A DNA stretch of 63,931 nt, filler included, from Bigelowiella natans CCMP2755 (Eukaryota > Protista > Cercozoa): assembly GCA_000320545.1 (NCBI GenBank). It is 6 parts of 6 records of this genome, joined end to end, with 100 filler letters (N's around TTAATTAATTAA, not from the genome) between each part and the next. Parts side by side here need not be neighbours in the genome. Positions count along the whole stretch, not along the records: positions 9,246 to 34,834 come from ADNK01002147.1; positions 34,935 to 52,949 come from ADNK01002330.1; 4 more parts are not named here. The stretch is one strand, 5' to 3'. This document shows positions 26,157-38,577 of this stretch, piece by piece. The notes beneath the pieces were generated by a model, which was given only the letters and a program-made list of their open reading frames with translations, did no database searches and had not been told where the DNA came from. The translations under genes were made by a program, and so were the position numbers. How positions within the stretch are numbered: position 1 is the stretch's first letter; every line of letters begins with the position of its first letter.

Positions 26157-27604
26157 TCATTCATTGAACCCAACAAACTGTGTAGTGAGTACTAAAAGAA
26201 ACCATAGAACAACACCCAACAAGACCTTGGTTGTTCTGTGGGGCTTTGACCGACACAACAACAACAACCAAGATCTTTCAAAAAAACCACAAAGTAGTAT
26301 TTCGCGGTCCGTCTTCTTCGATCCCAGTCACCACAACCCCCTTAATATTTGTTTTGCTTCCTTCCCAAACTAGCAAGACTTGTCGTTATTATCATCATCA
26401 TCATCATCATCATCATTACTCATTACCATTCCTTTGACGAGCTCATGGCCTAGGGCTATACTCACCCAGAACTTGTGAACGATAATAGCAAACGCAATGA
26501 CGCCAGCCCGTGTTCCCTGAGACAGCAGATGTTGGTAAGTGTTGAAAATTGGAAACAACATACTGCAGTACCATTATGTGTAGAGCAAGGAGCTCAGCCT
26601 ACAAGCACAGTCGCAATGGCCAGTGCACAAGCATCTTACTTACTACCTTTGAGGAGCTAATTGCAAACCCGTCGAAGACTGCGTGGCAACTGATGAAGCA
26701 GATGTACGTCAATAGTACTAGCAAATTTAGAAACATATAAATAAATAAATATATATATATATATATATATATTTAATTATATTTCATCATTATCATCTTC
26801 TGTTGGTAGCACATATACTGCCCCTTCCCTAGATTTCTATGAAACCAGAACGTCGTGTGCGCACGGAAGCTACTGGCTGGTCTTGGAAGCAAACCCACGT
26901 TCATGCTTTCACGCTCTCATCTTTTCGCGCTGCTCTTTACATACCTCATCAGGAGCACAGCGATGACGCTTTTTGCGCGACTGGCGGTTTCGTCTATGGT
27001 ATGCACGCAGGTATGACCATCAGAGTGGCCTCTCATAGTAGAAATAGCCTCAAAGTCCATGTAGAGGAAGGTCCCGCAAGCGACGGATTGTACGATAAAT
27101 GTCATCATATGGTATTGGCTTATTTGGAACGCAGCAGACACCAGCAGTGCGATGGGGGAAGTGATAATGAACAATGACGCCAAGACCATGTTTACGCAAT
27201 GTATCCATAGGTTTTTGGGTTTGTCCACCGTGCGGCTGCTGCTTCCCTGCTCCATAGAGGAAGGCGATTTTAGCTCGGTGGCGTCAACTCTTCTACCATT
27301 GCTGTTCCTTTTCGTTAGCCTTTCTGATCTCTTGGTGCTTGCCATATCAAAAATCACCATCGACGAGAATGTCAACCCCACGAGGAAGGGGACCACCTGT
27401 GATCCAGCACACAATAATCTTGTTATTGCCCATGTCATCATCGCTCAACTATATGATGAAGGGCTAGGAGATGTGTTACACATGTGGTCGTACACGTTAA
27501 TATGCACAAGTTTATATTCGTAATGTCAATCTATAAGCAAAGCTAAGTAACATCATAACGCTGATAATGATACGGCATAACACCCATGATGTGTCCACCC
27601 ATCC

Positions 27605-27687
<83 letters not shown>

Positions 27688-28138
27688 ATTCATATACAAA
27701 CACACATGGTTGCTGTACAGGGTAGTCGGTGACGACGTCGTTCTTTCGAACGTAAGTTGTAAAATGGTCCATGGCTGAGTCGAGCATGTGGCAGAGTGCC
27801 ACTCCCAGGAACAACCCAGCGCTATGTGCGTTCCCCAGCCTCTAATGATTTAGGTGATAATGACGAAATATAAATTGATTCGAACACAAAAATCATGCAA
27901 CGCTTGTGACATCAATCTCGCCCACGTACATCTGCTGCAGCCACCGCAGCACATGTCTTACCTGGAATCGTTCAGAAACTCTCACCAGGCTCATCGATAG
28001 GAAGAATCCACCAACCGCCGAGATAAACATCAGGACTGCGTAGACGATATACATCTCGAAGTCACTCGAAGAATCAGGCTGTGCTTCTTCGAGCTGTGCT
28101 TCGAAGCCTTCCCTGTAACCATAGCCAGGCTGGCTCAT
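26157..28138 (-). CDS. ZIP (Zrt/Irt-like) divalent metal transporter with non-canonical order of transmembrane segments
   Basis: TM2 GLFLGVALCHML, TM3 YPVVPFLVG, TM6 LFIITSPIALLV, TM7 QSVACGTFLYM, TM4 CHAVFDGFAI, TM5 IIVHKFWVSIALG and TM8 KVLLGVVLWF, found in that genomic order. Confidence 0.85.
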
Positions 28139-28790
28139 CTTCGGAAATTGAACACGGGCGTCGCGTCAAGCAGAGAGATATTTAATGAGAAGAGGACTGA
28201 AAATGACGTGTCGTTCCCACTTTACGCCCTGCAATTTTCCAAATATGTCCAGCATTTCTTGTCGTTCTTGCCCCATGGCCTGACTTCCTTATATCTCGGA
28301 CCATCAGAGCTCACGGACTCGCACTTTCGGCCTTCGGACAAAGCGCGGGACCGAACGAACGGATGCGAGAATCTCTCGAGGCTCTCCGAATCTCTCATGT
28401 CCTCTACATCCTCATCCGAACGTCCAGATCATAGATGATGGATGTAATTTCCGGTGTTCCGGTGCACTATTTTAGGTAATTTCATGGCCTGGCTAACCAA
28501 GAAAAGCTCTTCAAATGCTCTTCAATTTGTGTCTTTTTTGGTCATTTCCGCCAAAACAAAGCGCTGTTCCAAGCACAACGTGGCTCAGGTGAAAATGTTC
28601 CCGGTCGGTGAATTTGATTAGAGTGTTCGACTACGTCGACGGAGCCTTTTAGGCGGCTTTTAGCAAGTTTCCCGTCTATTTTTGGATGTCGCAATCATGA
28701 AATAGCATTGAGTTTAATGATGTTGTGCAAAGCACGTAACGCCCATCTTCAGATCCCAAGTTGTCACATCCCCCCCAACTATCCCACACG
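28139..28790. promoter_or_regulatory. Putative bidirectional promoter between ZIP and AMT transporter genes
   Basis: 652-bp head-to-head spacer, microsatellite-free, with repeated TTCCGG/TCGG words. Inferred from positions. Confidence 0.45.
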
Positions 28791-30931
28791 ATGGCTACTA
28801 GTTCGCCTACCACCGCAGCCTCTGTGGTCGCTGCAGACCTCGCTAAACTTTCAGCCAACGCAGATCAGATCTGGATCTTGGTATGCACTAATTGGGAACT
28901 CATGTTGTTGAGATTTCGGGCTACATTTGTGTTAAAGACATGCATTGTTTGGACAGTTATGCGGTTTCCTTGTGTTCTGGATGCACGCTGGGTTTTCCAT
29001 GCTTGAGGTAAGAAACTGCTTCCTTCTCCAGATATATCTTCTCTGTTTTCAACCGAGGTTGTGGTGCGGTGTGTGGTGCCTAATTCATACTCCAGGCAGG
29101 GTCAGTTCGTCAGAAAAACACAGTGAATATCTTGTTCAAGAATGTGGGAACTATTTGCATTGGTGCAATCATGTACTTCATCTTTGGATTTGCTTTCGCA
29201 TACGGATCAGATGGAGCGGTAAGCACTCAATACATTACACGTTGCTTCCTCCCTCTCACGCTCGTAAACAACCTACCTACCAAGATGAACTCATTGTCTT
29301 GTCTACATTCGTTCTTTTCACTATAATTCCTCAGAACGGATTCATCAGTTCCGGAGACTACGCTCTAGTAGATTCCCTGAACGATAATAAGCACAATTGG
29401 TTTTTCCAGTTCGCTTTCGCCGCTACCGCCTCAACCATTCTTTCCGGGGCAATTGCTGGTCGTGCAAAGGTGAGTGAATGTACCTTCCCATCCTAATCTC
29501 TGCGTCCTTAAGAAAGCGAAATTTGCTCGAAATATGCCTTATCTGTCTCTAATATCTTTAACTTCGTATCAGCTCGAGGCTTACTTCGTTTGCTGCGCTG
29601 TTCTCACTGCTTTCGTCTACCCCATTGTGTCACACTGGTAATTATCTCTTTTTTGTATTCTTCTGACCGACATGTTTTCACTCGAGTACCAACCTGTCCT
29701 GTCTGCAGGGTGTGGGACAATGACGGGTGGCTCTCTGCTTTCCAGAAGCCTGAAGAACGTATCGGCTACAGCCAGGATAAGAACACTTGTGGTATGATTG
29801 ACTACGCGGGTTCGGGAGTCGTTCACTTGACTGGAGGTGTTGCTGGACTTGTTGGAACAATAATGGTCGGCCCTCGTACCGGTCGCTTCGAGAACCCAGA
29901 AGCATTCGCTGGCCATAACTACGCGCTCGTTGCTATTGGTGTGCTCATCCTCTGGTTTGGATGGTACGGGTTCAACTGCGGTTCTACCCTTGCATTTGAC
30001 GGACAAGTTGCTTCGAAGGTTCTTCCGCTTCTGATTCATATGTTGTCCGTGCCATTTATGACTGGAGAACTTTTTTTTTTTTGCAGGTTGCTGTCACTAC
30101 CACGCTCTCTCCTTCCGCTGCTTGTATCACCGGAATGCTCGTGCAATATGTAACTTCTAACTAGCACTTGCCTCTTCGCTCCTCTCCGTTATTTCTCGAA
30201 AGCTCACACAAAGTGCGGTTTTTCTTCTCTAATTCCACAGGCCATGACCAGAAAGTGGGACATCACCATGGCTCTCAACTGTATTCTTGCTGGACTCGTC
30301 TCGATCACCGCGGTAAGAGTGTTATTCCTACGTTGAACAGGCGTTGAGTATGAACTCAATTTAATTTGTATACAATTTTATTAGGGATGCTCTGTTGTTT
30401 CTGACTGGCATGCAATCTTTATTGGACTCATCGGTGCTTTGGTTTACATGGGAGCTTCCAAAGCCATGGTTGCTATGCAGCTTGACGACCCAGTTGATGC
30501 TGTTGCTGTGCACGGAGCATGCGGGTAAAATATAAACTCTATGTGGCACAATATGTATATCAAACAAAGAGTGACTACCAACTATTTCTCACGTCTGAAC
30601 TTCTGGTTCCATCAGTCTCTGGGGAGTTCTTAATGTCGGAATTTTCGCTGAGGCAACTGAGATCAAGAATGCATACTCCTGCCCAGACGCAGAAGGAAAT
30701 GGAACTGGTCTCCAGTTCGGAATTCAGCTGGCTGGTGCTCTTGCCATTATCGCCTTCGTTGGCACTTGTTCCTTCATTATGCTGGGTGTCGTCAAATTGA
30801 CCATTGGACTACGCGTCTCTGCTGAAGAAGAAAAACTTGGACTCGATGCATCCGAGCATGGGGCAAAGGCATATGAGCTAGGCCAAGTCCAAGGCGACGC
30901 GAAAGCACAACCTGCTGCACAGAACGTTTAA
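28791..30931 (+). CDS. AMT: Ammonium transporter (Amt/Mep/Rh family, AMT1-like); 10 exons
   Basis: [88 protein letters not shown]. Both pore histidines are present. Confidence 0.96.
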
Positions 30932-31951
30932 AGATGAGGAAAAAAGCAGCCTTTTACGTACTTTGTCGACAATGCTACAGCTTATCATACGACAACATTC
31001 CTCAACGTAAGATATGAATCGAAGATGAGCAAGGAAAGATTTCAGTGCACATTGTTCAGTATCACTTTAAGGAAAGATTTGTTGTTAGTCATACTTCAAC
31101 TGTATTGCTGGATCTAACCGCTTACAAGGATTTAATCACTTGAAGATAGCGGCCACATCCAAGCAGAGAGATGCAGCTACGACTATGAGCAAGAATTGTA
31201 CACAAAAAAATATGTAAATACATGACATAGATCAAGGCGAAAAACAACGTGAGCGATAGATGCTGTATCAAAGTGTAAATGTAATGACACTTCGATTCAT
31301 TGTCTGTACGTTGCACATTCTTATCATATCTAGATGTGTGCATCTAGCGGCAGTGTGTGCATTGTTTGTTACATCATGCACAACATGCTAGCATGCACCT
31401 TCGTACAATGATGATGCACACGCAACCTGACCTAGTAACATTAATGCGCGCAATTGCACGGCATCGCTAGATCGTGTGCACCGTGCACACTACAATGGAC
31501 GCATGGCGATGTGTGATGATGATCTGCACGCATGCATGCTCACATACACACGTGCATGACTATAGATGAGACGACTTATAGACTAGGCATGTCCGCGGCT
31601 TCAGACGCGCCAGTGCTGTGTGCTAGCTAATGTGTGACTCTGATGCATTTCAGCTATCGTATCAGACGTCATTCAATGATCTCGTCGTCATGCATCCCTG
31701 TCGTCTGCTGTGCATGACGATGGCCGCCAATTGATGATTCTTCATTTGTCGTGCTAGCGCGGTTGGTGCAGTGCTAGCAGTGTTTGTTTAATAGCTATAT
31801 TAGTAGAGCGACTATAAACACGCTCGTCTCATGTACTAAAAGGTTGAATAGAATAAACGCGATTTGTTGATGTATCCTGCTGCTTCGACCAGTCGGCGCG
31901 ATAGGCTAAAATTGCAACAATACATGCAACGCACAACAATCTCAAATTATG

Positions 31952-34062
31952 TTACAAACTTTTATCGATATCACTCGTCATCCTTCGCATCCTTTCACTT
32001 CCTCCACGTAGACGTGGCCCTTTTCCTGCGTATGTTGGATAGATCATTAAACCGTGCACGTGATGATTTTTGCGCTTATTCGCAGCTTGTCGTCTCATCA
32101 TCAATTTCTGTACTATCATCGCAGCCCTTGTGTTATCATCAAACACCACCATCCCGCTGCTGCTACTACTACTTCTACCACAACTTCTACTACTTCTACT
32201 ACCACCTTGCTCATTGTCAGGCATAATTTTTTCACTGGAGGCTTTACATGGACTTCCTGCCCCCCCCTGTCGATCATATCCTCCCCGGTATAATTTGCAT
32301 ATCTGTTGTGGCGGTGTTGTTGTGATGGAAGTATTATTGGCGGCATAAAAGCTAGAGAGCGTTGGTGGGAGAAGACAGACAGCACTCTCGATCACTCTCG
32401 CCGCGCCACACACAACGGCACGGCACCGACTCACAAAGAAGGAGAACAAACGCAGTAATTCGGTGATCGAAAGCACAAGTATTATCGATAGGAAGAGGAG
32501 GAGGAGGAGGAGGAGGAGGAGGAGGAGGAGGGATGGGAGAAGCATTACTTTCCTAAGAGCTGCGGGGCGCATAGGGAGCCTTCTGTTAGCCTATAATGTT
32601 AGGATACAGGAGATCTTTGAGGATTGCTTCTTCTTGCGCTCCTCTTGTAATGATGACGATGACGACGACGATGATGATAGCAATAATTTACCAGTAAAGT
32701 AATAAGAACAAATATATGATGGAGAAGAGGATTGTTACGCAAATTCTCTCCCTCCACTGCTACCCAACAACACGCACACACAACAGGGAGTGAACCAGTA
32801 CCTTTCTCCTCCATCTTTCATCGTCATCATCGTCATCATCATCATCATCACCATCGTCATCATCGTTATTATTATCACCACCACGATGGCATTCTCCCTA
32901 CTATGTTACTACTACCCGTCACAGGCTTTGAGAAGATCATACACCACCTCCTCGTTCAGACGGGAATCATCCTACAAGGAGAAGAACACAGCAAAGCAGA
33001 CGGTGGTGTGATATGTGATGACGATGACGATGATGGCAATGACGATGATGGCAATGATGATGATGATAATGATGATGACGATGATGATGATGATGATGAC
33101 GATGATGACGATGATGACGGTAATATCGTCAAGGAATCTCATCACAGCTCTGTGATCATAACCACCTTGTAGCTTGGGTGCAAAGAGACATACTTTCGCA
33201 GCCAACTTGATGCCTTGTTATTATTATTGTTGTTGTTGTTATCTATCTTTCGGCCGTGGCATGTTGATGTAATCATTAACGACATTCATGATTGGATGAT
33301 GATGAGGAGGAGGAGAAGAAGGATGATGATGACGATGATATGATGATGATGATGATGATGATGATGGTGATGATGACGATGACGATGACGTGATGAACTA
33401 TGCCCAAAGCTACCGTCATGAGCTTTCCTCTCGCGCGATCTGCGATGAGGCTCAAGTAGCGCTCTACCACCTTACGAGACTGATGATGGTCAACAGTCAA
33501 CAGTTGTGATCGTGATGACGACGACGATGATGATGATTGGTGATAATGGTGATGATGGATGATCATACGGATGAGGAGGAGGAGGAGGAAAGGAACAAGG
33601 GAGCGAAGATACGTATGTCCGCGATTCACATCAATGCACATGCATGCATACAGTTGCAGACCGTATTATGTTATGGTGAGTGTTGATGCACCACTGCATT
33701 CATGCACACATCATGACGAATCATCGTCGTCCAAGCCTCTCTCTCCCCAACATACAGAAAGAAAAAGAACTCACCCGTTCATCGCACCCAATCATGTCCA
33801 GATATCTGAGGGGGGGGGGGGGGGGGGGAGAGGGGAAAAGCCGAGCCACAGTATCAGGGTGGATTATCGAGAAAACTGAAGAGAGATGGAAAAACTTATG
33901 ATGATGCCCGGATTCATTTAATCTAAGCATGATATTGACGACGACGACGACGATGGTGATGATGATGATGATGCTAATGACCGCAGAGCGAGTACACAGA
34001 TCATGATATATTTATAATAAATATGTGCCAACACACAAACGCACACATTCACACACACAAAC

Positions 34063-34123
<61 letters not shown>

Positions 34124-34343
34124 ATTAATAATCGGCGTGCGTGTGTGTGGGAGTGTGTGTGTGCGCGTTCACATTATTGCCAAAAATTTTTTCTTCTATG
34201 GGGCAGGGGGAGTGTTGGCGCCCTCACCAGCACCACCTCCAGCGAAAGCATCACGATCATCACTGTTATCATTGTCAGCAGTGAGAGCGTGATTGTCTCA
34301 TCTGGTACTTCTACTACTAGTAGTGTTTATCAGCAGCTGAACC

Positions 34344-34388
<45 letters not shown>

Positions 34389-34603
34389 GTGTATATTATC
34401 TCCCGCGTGGCAGGAGAGGGGTGAACTTGTTTTGTCGTTGTGGCATACATTATTATGGAGCAGTGGCAGTTGTGGCGGCTGTGGGATCACCGCGGCGAGA
34501 GATGTACCATCGGCACCATGGGATCATCAGGTGTGTCTAGAGCCCCCGCGAACACGCTATATATATATATAGAGATAGCGATATATAGAGATATATAGTT
34601 GTT

Positions 34604-34664
<61 letters not shown>

Positions 34665-34760
34665 TGAATATTACGCCTGCACAATAGGGATAAGTCCTAA
34701 TGGCCCATTCTCGCCATCGCCAAGCATTATTTCTTCTATCGACAAAGCTCCGTACTTCCA
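31952..34760 (-). CDS. GCLC: Glutamate-cysteine ligase catalytic subunit (animal/fungal GCLC type), 3' part; 5' lost at contig end
   Basis: Exons YGALSIEEIMLG..GLIPIVQA / YLDMIGCD / YLSLIADRARGKLMT / WLRKYVSLHPSYK / DDSRLNEEVVYDLLKAC / CAPQLLG match the GCLC C-terminus. Long low-complexity tail follows. Confidence 0.85.
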
Positions 34761-34768
34761 GAGAAAAC

Positions 34769-34803
<35 letters not shown>

Positions 34804-34834
34804 CTGAATTACAACATAGAACTACTAGAAAATA

Positions 34835-34934
34835 NNNNNNNNNNNNNNNNNNNNNNNNNNNNNNNNNNNNNNNNNNNNTTAATTAATTAANNNNNNNNNN
34901 NNNNNNNNNNNNNNNNNNNNNNNNNNNNNNNNNN
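34835..34934. other. Assembly gap/linker
   Basis: N block with TTAATTAATTAA. Confidence 0.97.
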
Positions 34935-34998
34935 CTTCCTCCTCCTCCTCCTCCTCCTCCTCCTCCTCCTCCGCATTTCAATTTCATTCTCTTTTCAG

Positions 34999-35139
34999 TG
35001 GTTGGAAGGATGGGGTACAAGAGGCGATGCCGGAGCTGACAACTATCTTATCAAATGTATAACAACTATCTTAACAAACGTATGATGGAGATAGATGATG
35101 TAGTTATCATCTGCTATTATTATTCATATGCTTGCATAC

Positions 35140-35172
<33 letters not shown>

Positions 35173-36229
35173 AATGATGATGATGGCGTTGAGGAAAGGG
35201 GCTGTTGTCCTTATACTTGTAGATACCAGAATTCGAGTCCTGCGTTGTCGTACTAGGAGTGTGTGACGCTTATATCAGCAGGTGACTGAAGATTTATTAT
35301 TAATGATGTAATGTGGTGGAAAGTGTTGTAGTTGCTGTGAAATTCGTTATCATATAATAAGCACCATCTTAGAAGCGTTGTTGTTGTTGATGATGATGAT
35401 GATGGGGAAAATTAATACATGTACAGTAGTAACACAACACACATCAGATTGCCTGATTGTTAAAATTGCTACTACAATGTTGTTTCTCGTTTTATTGAAC
35501 AGATTGACCCCTGGAACACATATCAAGCCACACTGTACCAATAATACATTAAAATAATAAAATTATATATATACCAGTATATATATACACTTGGAAGCTG
35601 TTGATAATGTATGTAAAATGTATTATGCACAACTACCGTTGTGCCTATGATGATCAGGATCATGCTGTTCAGATGTAAAATTCTCATGATGATTATAATT
35701 CCACTTCTATTATCATAACCACTCCTGCAAATTTGCTTCAATTACTGTTTCATTATTGTCATCAACATCATCGTTATCATCACCACCTCCTTCCTTGTGT
35801 GTATTTAGGTGGGCCGACTAATTTACGAATACGGACACATTTAGGGATTGATGTGCCTGAGGAATGGTTAGATCATATCTGAGAAAGAGAGAGAGAGGGG
35901 GGGGGGGGGTTAAGGGGGGAAATAAGAAGAAGATGGATGACACGGAGGAAAGAATTATAGGGTGGTGGTGGTGGTGGTTGTAACCATAAACCATAAAGAC
36001 CTGCTCGCTCGGGCAGTAAGTAGTATTGTTATTATAATAAATAAATCCCCATGATGATGCTCAAATAGTAGTAGTAGTAGTAGTAGTAGTAGTATAGGCA
36101 GTAGTATTGTTGTTATAATCACTCACTACACCTATGTGATGCTTAATTATTATTATTACTACTACATCCATCCCATCATTTGGCTGCTGCAGTCACTATC
36201 CATTCAATCCTGCTCGCTTACTCCTTGTG

Positions 36230-36261
<32 letters not shown>

Positions 36262-36317
36262 TCCTCTCTTCTTGTTCTCCCACCTCCTCCTCCTCCTCCT
36301 CCTCCTCCTCCTCCTCC

Positions 36318-36349
<32 letters not shown>

Positions 36350-36893
36350 CTTCTTCTTGCCGTTGTTCTCCTCTTTTGTTACACGATGATCGATCGATCT
36401 TCCCTCCGATGACAAAGCTTCATTCGAGTAGCAGATAAAGCACCTTCTCGCATGTCACAAGGTGTCGTCATCATCAGCATTAGCAGCAGCAGCATTACAA
36501 GTCAATAAGTTTAATAAAAAGTGTTATCTGATTGGATGATATAATTCAAATTCTTACAATGATGATGATGATAATGAATATGACGATAATAGTGATAGTT
36601 ATTGACCGCCGAATTTATTGCAAAAAGAGGGAGATGTAAGGCTGTCACTTGTAGTTAGTAGGAAATGATATATTTTGCCCAGAACTTTTCAACAATTTCC
36701 CTTCCTCCAAGTGGGCTGCTATGTAATATACTAATTATGTTTCGAAATGAGAGAGAGAAAGAGAGAGAGGGACCTACCCACAAACAAACCTTCTCGACGA
36801 TTTATTTAATGGGCATCATCGTTTTTAGGTGGATTTTTTGTCTTCGATGATGCTTACGAACACGAGGTCGTTGTAACGTTATGATAGTCAAAT

Positions 36894-36926
<33 letters not shown>

Positions 36927-37719
36927 ATGACGATGATGGGCAATAAAAGTGATCGATCAAATTAAAAAGGAGAGTTCTGCTGCTGCGTAATGTACATTAT
37001 GCATAATAGCTTTTAGAACGAAAGAAGAATAAAGACAGTAGTAATAAGCAGCCTATTTATTATCATCACTCACTGGTTCCTGGCACAACGACCCTACAAA
37101 TACTATATTGCACTATTATATTCGTCTTGGTTGCTCAATACTCAAATAGTTTAGTATCGTATCGTTATCTCCTCCTCCTATAAGATTTTGCCCTCCCTCC
37201 TCCAAAAAGGTATGGAATAATGGAACAAGGATACGGATCAACCTAGTTGTAGACATATTTCATCCAGGAATCAACGACAAAAGGTACTACTGAACAGACT
37301 ACTACTCGAATAAAATAGTAGTAGTAATCATATTTCAAGATTGCATGGGACTGAAACAAAAATTATCGATTGAATATCTGTCCTGTGACAATGCAGTAAA
37401 ACTCTTGAGGTACTGACAACAGTGATAATTTATCCACTAGAAGCATACAGGCGTGCAATTACTGTTGGAAAACATCATATTATTTACATCGATTACGATG
37501 ATTGTGAGGATAATGATGATGTGATGGTCTCTTCCCTTCTATAAGCTAAATATCTTCCCATGACTGTGTGCGCAAAGGTTATTGAATGAACTTCAAGAAA
37601 TCAGGCAAAGTACTGACGCCAACGTTGCCAAAGCAAATAGCTGGGAAGTTTCATCATCTCCATCACACTCTTCACCATCGTCTTCAATGATATCTAATTC
37701 ATCCCATGATGAACTATGA
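34999..37719 (+). CDS. Aspartyl/asparaginyl beta-hydroxylase-domain protein (2OG-Fe dioxygenase), 3' part, ER retention signal HDEL
   Basis: Exons LTPGTHIKPHC-GPTNLRIRTHLGIDVP, FIRVAD, FFVFDDAYEHE-VWNNG..RINLVVDIFHP. Last exon ends SSHDEL*. Some micro-exons are unresolved. Confidence 0.8.
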
Positions 37720-37798
37720 TCTCTCTATTCGATCATAGTTTTCATTATGAAGAAATGTAGTGGCGAGAGCAATACAATTAGATGGACATGAATGGGAT

Positions 37799-37829
<31 letters not shown>

Positions 37830-37936
37830 CTTATTTATATATATAATGAGAGGGATGTACTGAATATTTTTATTTTTTTCAGTTGTCATCCTAATGTAAC
37901 TTTGCGAAGCTGATTGTATAAATGACAAAATGAGTG

Positions 37937-37968
<32 letters not shown>

Positions 37969-38577
37969 ATAAATCATTTGTCGTGTAAGTACATAATATT
38001 TCCAATTAGTTCAAAAAAATATGCATTGATTTAGAAATGGCGTGAATTGATGTGATGCTCTTAACTTGCAACAACGCTTGCACTGGAATATGGTTGCGCA
38101 CACATAGCGTGTGACGGATGTAATGAATAAATTAAATTTGTGCAATGGTCACCCTGATGTAGCTGTGTAAAGCAGTGGCTACAGCGCTGATGCTAAATCT
38201 ATTTGTTTCCATTGTCACGTGCTGCATGCATTTGAAAGCATCAGCCTCTTTGCGTGGATACCACGCATGAAGCGCAGCCATCTGCATCTTCTTTTCAGTT
38301 GTATGCTAGCATGGCGTGCATGTATAAATTATTGCCACAAATCGCACACAGAAAATAGTGCAAGAGCACATTATCTAATCCCCAGAATCATCAGGATTGT
38401 GCATGTATCTACGCAGTATATGCACTAGCGCCACTACTGAAAGACACGTACATACATCGCACGCACATCACATGTATTTGAATGAATCGAATATCGTACC
38501 ATGAGCGCCACGTGCCCGATTAATAACACATGGGTATTATGATCTAGTTATCTATGATAAAGAAATAGTCATTGAAC

